Of a stretch of 64,000 nt of DNA, positions 22,965-31,478 are shown piece by piece. Source of the DNA: Azolla caroliniana (Eukaryota; Plantae; Polypodiophyta). Where the stretch lies: assembly GCA_043228905.1 (NCBI GenBank), contig JBHGNT010000018.1, positions 8,556,001 through 8,620,000 on the forward strand, read 5' to 3'. The notes below the pieces were generated by a model that saw only the letters and a list, made by a program, of their open reading frames with translations, did not search any database and had not been told where the DNA came from. The translations under genes were made by a program, and so were the position numbers. Every line of letters starts with the position of its first letter. The first letter of the stretch is position 1.

Positions 22965-25900
22965 TCATGACACTATCCCCCTTCTTCGACGACACGTCTC
23001 ACGGGTCGTAGGGTTTGTATTAGGACCTGGTTTACAAGGATATTGGCGATGAAATGCATTAACGAGTTCTGCAGCATTGGAAAGATTTGTGGCAGGTTCC
23101 CAAGTTCGATCATTGGGGGTATAGCCTAGCCAATCGACCAAGTAATACAACTTGTTGCGCACGATTTTAGAATCGAGAACGGCAGCAACTTCAAATTCAG
23201 GCCCGTCCAAGAACTCAACAGGTGGTGGGGGTGTCGTAAGACGGCCCGGAATTGAACTTGTAGTATAAGGTTCCAAAAGGGATACATGAAACACCGGATG
23301 AAGATGCATGTGCGGAGGGAGGTCAAGACGAAATGCAACATCACTTATCTTACCAGTGATCATGTAAGGGCCAAAACGTTGGTAATCCAATTTATTGCAA
23401 GGTCGAGTGGTCTTGATGTTGTGTTGGAGAAGCCATACATGATCCCCAATGCGGAACTTTTTTGAGGAGTCTAGACGATGACGATCGGCAAGCCTCTTGT
23501 GTGTAAATTGAGCATCGTGCAAATTGTGGAGAATGTTGGCTTGAATTTCTTGGAGGCGACTAAGACGATCCTCGGCAGCAGGGTTGGTAGGAACTTCTGG
23601 ATGCGCATTCATCGTCCATCGAGGATGACAGCCCGTATTTGCGAAAAATGGGGAATATCTTGTAGAAGAATGGGCTGAGTTGTTGTAAGCGAATTCCGCC
23701 AAGTGCAAAAATGCAACCCAATCATCTTGTTGATAGTTGATGAAACAACGAAGATATTGTTCCAATGTCTGGTTGGTACGCTCTGTTTGGCCATTTGTTT
23801 CAGGATGATAGCCCGAAGAAAGCTTAACTGAAATGTGGAGAAGTTTGAACAGGTGCTTCCAAAACTTTGAGATGAATTGTGGACCACGATCACTAATAAT
23901 ATCATCTGGCAGACCATGATGCTTAAATACCTCCCGCATAACGAGATCAGCCCTCTCTTGACTAGTAATTGACTTTGTACATGGCAAGAAATGTGCCATT
24001 TTGGTAAATCGATCAACCACTGTGAGAATTGCATCAAAACCTTTTGAAACTGGGAGATCAGTAATGAAGTCCAAGGATATAGACTTCCAAGGTGTTTCCG
24101 GAATGGGAAGTGGTTGTAGTAAGCCATAGGGTCGGTGACGAGGATTCTTTGATCGACAACATATATCACAACTCCGAACATACTCCTCAACAAAATGACG
24201 AAGGCGAGGCCACCAATAGCGTCGAGAAATTAATTCTAGAGTCTTGTGAACTCCAAAATGACCAGCCATTGGTGAGTCATGGCAATGTTGCAAAACTTGT
24301 AGCCGTGGGGGACCATCAGGAACATACAATAAATTTTGTCGAAATAGAAAACCATCATGCCAATAGAACTGACAATAGTCATTACGAGGATTTTTCGACT
24401 GTGAGCAAGAAGCACGATCCGGGACGATATGATCCAAAACATCCTTGGCGAAATCATCAGTGGCCATATGATCTCGAATGGAATCAAGAAGAGTGGAATT
24501 TTCAAGAGCTGTTATGGCATTAACTACCATTAATCGTAATCGATTAGGACCCAAAAGGATTTGTTTTTGATGCTCAAAAGCAGGTTCCCCTGGACGAAGT
24601 TCCATATAAGAGCGCCGAGAAAGAGCATCTGCTTTGCCTTGCTGCATCCCAGGGCGATATATGATGATAAAGTCGAAGTGAGTCAAAAATTGCGCCCACC
24701 GGGCTTGTCGCCGACTCAAGACTCGAGCATTTTGGAAATAAGTCAGGTTCTTATGATCATTGTAGACAATGATCTGCTGAGAAGAACCTTCTAGGAAATG
24801 TCGCCATTGTTGAAACGAATCCACGATTGCAAGAAGCTCTTTGTCATGGATCTCGTAGTTGATCTCTATAGCTTCAAACTTTCGTGAATGAAAGGCGACA
24901 GGGTGTAGTTGTCCATCATCTCCAGTCTGCGAGAGGACACTCCCTAGTGCAAAATCGGATGCATCGGCTTCGAGGATGAAGCGTTTTGTTGGGTCGACAT
25001 GTGCTAAGATAGGTGCCGTTGTAAATGCTCGTTTTAAGCTTTCGAATGCCTTGGATGCATCTGAACTCCATATAAATGGTTGATCTTTATGTGTGAGCTG
25101 AGTAAGCGGAAGCACAACCTTGGAATAATCTTTAATAAATTTCCGATAAAAATTTGCAAACCCGAGAAAACATTGCACATCACGCACTGAAAGGGGCGTT
25201 TGCCACTCTAAAATTGCCTGTACCTTCATGGGGTCCATAGCAATACCATTTGACGATACAACATACCCCAAAAATTCCACTTGATTTTGGCCGAAACTAC
25301 ACTTTTCTAATTTTGCGTAGAGACCATATTCTCGGAGTCGGCATAGTACTTGACGAACATGTGCATCATGCTCCTCTTGGGTCTTTGAGTAGATTAAAAT
25401 ATCATCTAGGTAAACTATAGTGAAGATATCAAGAAAATCTCGAAAAATATCGTTCGCCATATGTTGGAAAACAGCAGGTGCATTCGTGAGACCAAATGGC
25501 ATCACTGTATACTCAAAATGTCCATAGCGAGTGCGGAAAGTTGTCTTCCATTCATCCCCCGGGCGAATCCGAACTAGATTATATGCTCCGCGAAGGTCCA
25601 ACTTCGTGAAATATTTTGCACCACTGAGACGTTCCAAAAGATTCGGGATTAATGGTAGAGCATATCTATTTCGGATAGTCACTTTGTTTAGCCCTCGATA
25701 ATCCACGACCAACCGAAGAGTCCCATTCTTCTTCTTAACGAAGAAGATAGGTGCACCAGCAGGGGATCTAGAATGCCGAATGAATCCGTTTGCCAGATTC
25801 TCATCAATATATTCCCGCAAAGTCTCTAGCTCTACAGGGGAGAGATTATAAATTGGGCCCCATGGAGGTTCTTTCCCTGGTTGTAAGTCAATAGGGCAGT

Positions 25901-26615
25901 CGTATGGCCGATGCTCCGGCAATGTATTGGCCTTCACCTTATCAAAGACATCTGAAAACTCCTTGTATTTCTCTGGTAGTTTAATATCCGCGTCACGTGA
26001 AGTGGATGATGGAGTTGCTACTATTGCGAAGACGAACATGGCCTCGTTCCCCCCTTCCTCCCGCAACTGTCGTAAAGAGATGGGCGATAACTCCGGGGAT
26101 CTATTAGCACATGTAGGAGAGAGGGATGCGGGATTTGTGCTTTTTTCCCGAGTCTCCTCAATTGTTCTTTTCATCCAATCAATCTTCGGGTTATGGAGTT
26201 CAAACCAGGGGAGACCTAGAACTATTGGGTGGTCCGGACTACGAATAATATTGAAAGAGATTATGCTTGCCAAATTGCCAAGAACTATCCTAATTGGCTC
26301 GGACTCCTCGACTATATCTCCTGATGCTATGGGACGTCCATCGATGACTCCTACGGCTACTGGGTTGGGAAGCTTATTCAAGAGGATGTTTTGTGACAAG
26401 GCAAATTCACGATCCATGAAACAAGAGTTGGCTCCAGAATCTAGAAGGGCAGAGGCTAGGACTCGATGACATGTAGATGTGGTAAGCTCGACTTGTGCTG
26501 AAAAAACTCGACTCACTTGATTTGATGAAATGGAACCACGACTAGGAACTAACTCTACATAGCTAGGATGGTCCAGCCAAATGGCTCCTATTTTGGCCGG
26601 ACTTACTCGTTTAAC
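22965..26615 (-). CDS. pol: Pol (PR, RT, RNase H, IN, group I chromodomain), reached by -1 frameshift from gag
   Basis: [37 protein letters not shown]...SDRGPQF...GQTERTN, EFEVAAVLDS...YLVDWLGY...TWEP. Frame is open back to GTTAAAC at 26615-26609. The stop lies inside the 3' LTR. Confidence 0.92.
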   Translation of the reverse strand, partial: VKRVSPAKIGAIWLDHPSYVELVPSRGSISSNQVSRVFSAQVELTTSTCHRVLASALLDSGANSCFMDREFALSQNILLNKLPNPVAVGVIDGRPIASGDIVEESEPIRIVLGNLASIISFNIIRSPDHPIVLGLPWFELHNPKIDWMKRTIEETREKSTNPASLSPTCANRSPELSPISLRQLREEGGNEAMFVFAIVATPSSTSRDADIKLPEKYKEFSDVFDKVKANTLPEHRPYDCPIDLQPGKEPPWGPIYNLSPVELETLREYIDENLANGFIRHSRSPAGAPIFFVKKKNGTLRLVVDYRGLNKVTIRNRYALPLIPNLLERLSGAKYFTKLDLRGAYNLVRIRPGDEWKTTFRTRYGHFEYTVMPFGLTNAPAVFQHMANDIFRDFLDIFTIVYLDDILIYSKTQEEHDAHVRQVLCRLREYGLYAKLEKCSFGQNQVEFLGYVVSSNGIAMDPMKVQAILEWQTPLSVRDVQCFLGFANFYRKFIKDYSKVVLPLTQLTHKDQPFIWSSDASKAFESLKRAFTTAPILAHVDPTKRFILEADASDFALGSVLSQTGDDGQLHPVAFHSRKFEAIEINYEIHDKELLAIVDSFQQWRHFLEGSSQQIIVYNDHKNLTYFQNARVLSRRQARWAQFLTHFDFIIIYRPGMQQGKADALSRRSYMELRPGEPAFEHQKQILLGPNRLRLMVVNAITALENSTLLDSIRDHMATDDFAKDVLDHIVPDRASCSQSKNPRNDYCQFYWHDGFLFRQNLLYVPDGPPRLQVLQHCHDSPMAGHFGVHKTLELISRRYWWPRLRHFVEEYVRSCDICCRSKNPRHRPYGLLQPLPIPETPWKSISLDFITDLPVSKGFDAILTVVDRFTKMAHFLPCTKSITSQERADLVMREVFKHHGLPDDIISDRGPQFISKFWKHLFKLLHISVKLSSGYHPETNGQTERTNQTLEQYLRCFINYQQDDWVAFLHLAEFAYNNSAHSSTRYSPFFANTGCHPRWTMNAHPEVPTNPAAEDRLSRLQEIQANILHNLHDAQFTHKRLADRHRLDSSKKFRIGDHVWLLQHNIKTTRPCNKLDYQRFGPYMITGKISDVAFRLDLPPHMHLHPVFHVSLLEPYTTSSIPGRLTTPPPPVEFLDGPEFEVAAVLDSKIVRNKLYYLVDWLGYTPNDRTWEPATNLSNAAELVNAFHRQYPCKPGPNTNPTTRETCRRRRGIVS
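26571..26615 (-). promoter_or_regulatory. Predicted -1 frameshift signal (G_UUA_AAC + 11-bp stem-loop)
   Basis: Heptamer in the gag frame, 6-nt spacer GAGTAA, stem GTCCGGCCAAA/TTTGGCTGGAC. Homologous signal at 42649-42693. Confidence 0.7.
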
Positions 26616-27727
26616 ACATCCTCTAATTGACTCAAGACATCGAATCTATTCTCATGACATGGACTATGAGGCTTATTTATGTTATTAGAAGTAATAATAG
26701 AACTCGATGTAGGGTTTTCATGGGCACTTACTTGGTATACTTGACGCCTAGGTTTATGTGGACAATTTACAACTATATGTCCTGGACCACCACAATACAG
26801 GCAGAGGCGATGCGCTCGACGTCGTTGCTTCTCAGCATCTGATAACGGCCCACGACGTTGTGTTGACTCTATTTCCATCGGAGTTGGGCCATCCCTTGTA
26901 ATGGGTCTAGGAACTTGTGGAGGCGTTGCGACTACGGAAGCGTAAGTCTGTTCAGGTTGGCGGCGTAACATTTGTTGGCGCTCAGAACGTCGCTCAAATA
27001 GGCGATTATCACATCGCACAGCTCGACTAATGGCTTCTGTAAGTGACTTCGGATCTTCAGGGAAAGTAAGAAGAAGATCTTTGACATCATTTCTCAAACC
27101 TTGACGGAATTGATCCATTAAAGCTGCCTCATCCCAAGGGATATCGCATGCCAAGAGACGGAAATCGGCTGCATAAGATGACGCGGGACGATCTCCTTGT
27201 CGGAGCCTTCGAATCTTGTTTATCGCTGTCCTAGTGCTGTCGGTGTCTCCGAAACTAGCTTGAAACTCTTTAACAAAGGCCTCGAAATCCTCCAGCAATG
27301 GTGATTTCTTCTCGAGAAGTGGTGCGAACCATGCTAACGCCGTACCGCATAGCAAAGTTCCCACTAATCCCACACGAGCAGCATCAATTGGATACCGATT
27401 GGGATGTAGCTGAATAACTAAACGAACTTGATTCAAAAAGCCTCGAAATAAAGACCTCGTACCATCAAACTTGGCAGGGAGGCTGATCTTTGGCTCTCTA
27501 GGGGAGTTCTGAGCCCCCGACGCTTGCTCTCGTAATGACAATATAGTCGCCTCAAGTTGATGATCCCGCTGTGATAACTCTTCATATTGTTGAGCTTTTT
27601 CGGCGCTCACGTGTTGTAGATCTCCAAGTAGCCTTTGATTCTCATGCTCTAATGCCACAAATTTATTCGTGAGCATGTCGAGCTCAGAAAGAACACGCAT
27701 GTATTCTTGTTTGCTCACGGACTCCAT
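26603..27727 (-). CDS. gag: Gag (PEG10/RTL-like capsid, CCHC)
   Basis: EPKISLPAKFDG, LRQGDRPASSYAADF, PTPMEIE, CLYCGGPGHIVVNC. Confidence 0.92.
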   Translation of the reverse strand: MESVSKQEYMRVLSELDMLTNKFVALEHENQRLLGDLQHVSAEKAQQYEELSQRDHQLEATILSLREQASGAQNSPREPKISLPAKFDGTRSLFRGFLNQVRLVIQLHPNRYPIDAARVGLVGTLLCGTALAWFAPLLEKKSPLLEDFEAFVKEFQASFGDTDSTRTAINKIRRLRQGDRPASSYAADFRLLACDIPWDEAALMDQFRQGLRNDVKDLLLTFPEDPKSLTEAISRAVRCDNRLFERRSERQQMLRRQPEQTYASVVATPPQVPRPITRDGPTPMEIESTQRRGPLSDAEKQRRRAHRLCLYCGGPGHIVVNCPHKPRRQVYQVSAHENPTSSSIITSNNINKPHSPCHENRFDVLSQLEDVLNE

Positions 27728-27800
27728 AGCTTATGAGGGGAGAGGAGAAGGAAGAAGAGAACTTGTTAGGGTTTGTGGAAGACGAAGAGATGAAAGGAAG

Positions 27801-27940
27801 TAAATTGGTTCAAACTGTCAAGACTGAGGGAGAGAAAGAGAGAGAAAAAGAGATAGAGAGATAATTGAAAGAGAATTATTATATTGAAGCGTAAAATGGA
27901 TTACAAAGAGTAGGCTACAAAATGGCGTTGAACCAATTTA
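27801..27940 (-). promoter_or_regulatory. Self-priming pair: PBS (27813-27801) and complementary transcript 5' end (27940-27928)
   Basis: 13-nt perfect complement TTGAACCAATTTA / TAAATTGGTTCAA. The primer arm starts ~32-33 nt downstream of TATAAATA (27972-27965). Confidence 0.85.
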
Positions 27941-28165
27941 GGTTTGGGATGGGTGGTAGATCCCTATTTATAAGTAATAGAGAACTCTCTAGAATATTCT
28001 AGGTTATCCTAGAATGTAGAGTAATCTAGAAGATCTCTAGAGTATTCTAGAAGGTTCTAGTGGTATAGAACACTCTAGAATATTCTAGGTCATTCTAGAA
28101 TGTAGAGTAATATAGAATATTCCTATGATATTAGATTTCATATTCTAAAGACTATACATATAAGA

Positions 28166-28234
28166 ATATTAATACAATGGTTAAGGATTTGACATGTGTA
28201 CAACAAGGTCGTGGGTTCAAATCCTTTCGAGTCA
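28166..28234 (+). promoter_or_regulatory. tRNA-like A-box/B-box module in 5' LTR U3, antisense to element
   Basis: Same as the 3' LTR copy; A box 28170-28180, B box 28214-28224. Confidence 0.7.
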
Positions 28235-29949
28235 TAATGTGAGTGTCATGATCCTTTCGATGCATGATGTGACTGTTATCATGACAGGATATATATCGCA
28301 ATATGCAAAAGGCCATGAGTTGAGCGTGTGCGATTAGTGCAAACACGCTCGGCCCGATGCATAATAATAAGTAAAATCGTAGCGTAGTAAGAGGTAGAAA
28401 GAAAGAGAATAAAACGTAATACCAATTTGATTCGACCATAAAGAACGCATAATAGAAAAAGAGAAGAGATCAAAAAAGAAGAATACCGGGTTTAGAGTGT
28501 TGTTTTGATCCTGAGAAGAGCATGACGAGCCTTGTTAGATCCCCCTCGCTCACACGCAAAAAACATCACAACAACAAAAAAAATTGTTAGTAAAAGCTCT
28601 GATACCACTGTTATGAGTCTATTACTAATCAATAGACCAAATCAAGTAAAAAGGAAGAAAATAGATTGGATAGAAGAACCCGTTCCACCCGACCACCCCC
28701 GAGCTATGATCTAGACATAGCCAACCTACCACCGACGTCCCATACCGCCGGATATTAGGATGACTAATACCTTGGAAGAGATAAACACGATCGTCGAGAC
28801 GAAAGCCTAGCCCGCACCACCGGTGTCTACGACAGCAGCCTTCCGACGTGATCCCTATGAGGGTAGCTAAGCCTCATATTTATACCTTTTCCTAGGCCCC
28901 TTGAATAGATGTGCCTTTCTAAAAGGCTCTCTATTCATTGGTTGTCTAAATCATGATAGTGCATGCACATATCATTCATTCTATCCAATCATTAGTCCCC
29001 TTTTTAATAATAGTGAACATACCCTTCACTAATGTAAATATTAGTGACCTACCCTCACCAACGTTATGTGTACATAACAGTGTAGTTGTGTAGTTAGTGC
29101 AAATTATGGAGCAACTTATTGTCTTCTAGTCAAGTTTTTGTTATAATGGTCAAGCCGGTTGTTTAGTGGTAGACCCCTATGTGTGATCAGATAGTGGAGT
29201 AGATCCCATCGTTGTTGAAGTCATTAACTTAATGTAATATAGTCAAGTTTTGGTGAGGGTGTGAAAGCTAGCTCTTCAATGCAAAAAGAGGTTGTTGATA
29301 AAAGGAAAAACAAAAGTGTCTGCTCAAGTTATAATTTAAGAGCGAGTAGTTGTGTAGTTAGTGCAAATTATAGAGGAATTGGTCATTAATGTCAATAACT
29401 TATTGTCTTCTTGTCAAGTTTTTGTTATAATGGTCAAGCCGGTTCTTTAGTGGTAGACCCCTATGTGTGGTCAAATAGTGGAGTAGATCCCATCATGAAA
29501 TAATAATTTAAGTGGTTCCCATGTGTTTTGGATTAGTATGGCGCCATGATTTACTTGTTCCACCCATTCAACTCTTTTGCGATAACAGAATCACCACGTT
29601 AGTAACATGCTATCTATGTCGGAGATTGGCTTCATTAGCACTATAAGGTATCTTCCACACAAGAAAAATCAACTTTAAGAGCGATTGGTTGTGTAGTTAA
29701 TGCAATGGAGAGATTGATAGTTAAAGCGAATAGCTTAATGTATGTATTCAACTTTTAGTGAGAATGGTTTAAAAGGTTCTCGAATGTATGCACCCTATGT
29801 CTCATAACCTAGAAAAGAGGATCTTGCCATATCATTCGTTTAGAATAAATATGATTCCATGATTTAATAATAGAATATTCTTGACTAGGTCTTGGGCTTC
29901 TTTGTATTTGCAATTTGTATTGACCAATGATTTACTTGGTCCATTGATT

Positions 29950-30773
29950 GCGTTAACTCCACAACCACTTGACAAGATTCTTTGGTTTTTGTTTTATCGA
30001 CAATTTATTTTTGCAAATGTAGAACCTAAATTTCGTTATAAAAGATAAATTCTTAACCTTTTAGGAACCACTAAGAAACAAAACTTTCTTAACAACCACT
30101 ACCAAAAGAGGAAGAAAGAGTCGTGCTCATGAAATAACATTCAATGCTTGTCCATGTTGCCTTTAAAACACTTATGTACATTCACCAATTCTCCGTAACC
30201 TCGTCGTCCCCTAGCTCAATGATTCAAGGTGTGGTTTTCTGGTTGAGGAATTGGTGATGAAATATGACAATTCAATCTAGAACCACTAAGAAACAAAACT
30301 TTCTTAAGAACTACTAAAAGAAGAAGAAAGAGTCGCACTCATGAAATAACATTCAATGCTTGTCCATGTTGACTTTGAAACACTTACGTACGTTCACCAA
30401 TTCTCCGTAACCTCTTCCCCTAGCTCAATGATTCATGGTTAGTTTTTCTGGTTGAAGAATTGGTGATGAAATATGACAATTCAATCTGGAGGCTTGCAAT
30501 CGTAAAACAAGCTAGCGCTTATTGCCTTTAAATTTACTTAGGCATTTTGTTTTAGATTGCCAAATGCACAAATTCTTGATGGGTTTCAATATCAAGAGAA
30601 AACTTGTTCAATTAGGCTTCTGTTGAATGACTAGGAGTATAAATTCTTCATGTCATATATGAGTTAGAGATTGTTCTATTTGAGTTAAAGTCTTAAATTA
30701 GAGGTTCACAAAGTTGCTCTTAGGGTGATGCTGAAATTACAGATTAAGGGGGAAACAATGCTTTTTGAATATT
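29950..30773 (-). repeat. Right arm of inverted repeat, containing a ~215-bp internal tandem duplication
   Basis: Reverse complement of 15415-16025. GAACCACTAAGAAACAAAACT occurs at ~30065 and ~30280. Confidence 0.7.
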
Positions 30774-31478
30774 GAGGAATCATGATATCAAGAGATGTAC
30801 TTCACGATAGACATCTGAGATGCTCAAAGCATGGGAACATTTCTTTGATGATAATGAGAACTTCTAAGGAAATGAAAACGAAAAAAGAAAAAAGAGAATG
30901 AAGTGCAAAACTTGTGGAGATATGTAATGCATAATGTGGAAGGAGATGTTTGTTGACGATGAACAAGCAATTCTTTATTTAAACACTAATATAGGTATTT
31001 ACTTTAGGTAATATAAAGTTCGTTTAAATCGATTTATATAGGGATATCTTTTCGTGGTGGAAAGGCATGTGACCATGATGTTTAGCCAAGCCTGACATCC
31101 CAACATATCATTCATCCCCAACTTCCCGCATCCAAAATATGGACAAAGGTTGTCTGTCCTTTCTGTTCTTCTAGTGCACCTCCGCGCTAGAGTGGAAGCC
31201 TTATGATCGCACAATACACTCTAATCCCTAAACTCCCAAATTGTGCAGTGAAGAATTGGTGAAAGGACCGGCTAAACTGAACCACAAACCCACAAAACCT
31301 GGCATTGCAAAAAGGCAATGTGGACAAGGCATTGAATGCCATCTAATGAGCATGACTCTTTCTTCTTTTGGTGGGTAGTTGTCGTTAGGAAAGCTTTTGT
31401 TTGTTAATACTTTAAGCTCAGCGCTACATATATATATATAAATGACTGGTTTTGTTTGTATTTTACAATATACTAACA

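Larger units (their letters stand above)
22502..28286 (-). mobile_element. Intact Tcn1-like (Tf1/sushi group) self-priming chromovirus
   Basis: 471-bp LTRs at 22502-22972 and 27816-28286 (3 differences by eye). TSD GGATA, PPT GAAGAAGGGGGATAG. The non-tRNA PBS is complementary to the R start. Confidence 0.95.
16176..29079 (-). mobile_element. Full-length tRNA-iMet-primed plant chromovirus (Reina/Galadriel/Tekay-type) with nested insertion in its 5' UTR
   Basis: 471-bp LTRs at 16176-16646 and 28609-29079 (2 differences by eye). TSD GTGTA (16171-16175, 29080-29084), PBS TGGTATCAGAGC (28607-28596), PPT AGGGGGAGTA next to the 3' LTR. Confidence 0.95.

Noticed and set aside
16176-28286. Both nested elements having 471-bp LTRs
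   Set aside because: The LTR sequences are unrelated, so this is treated as coincidence.
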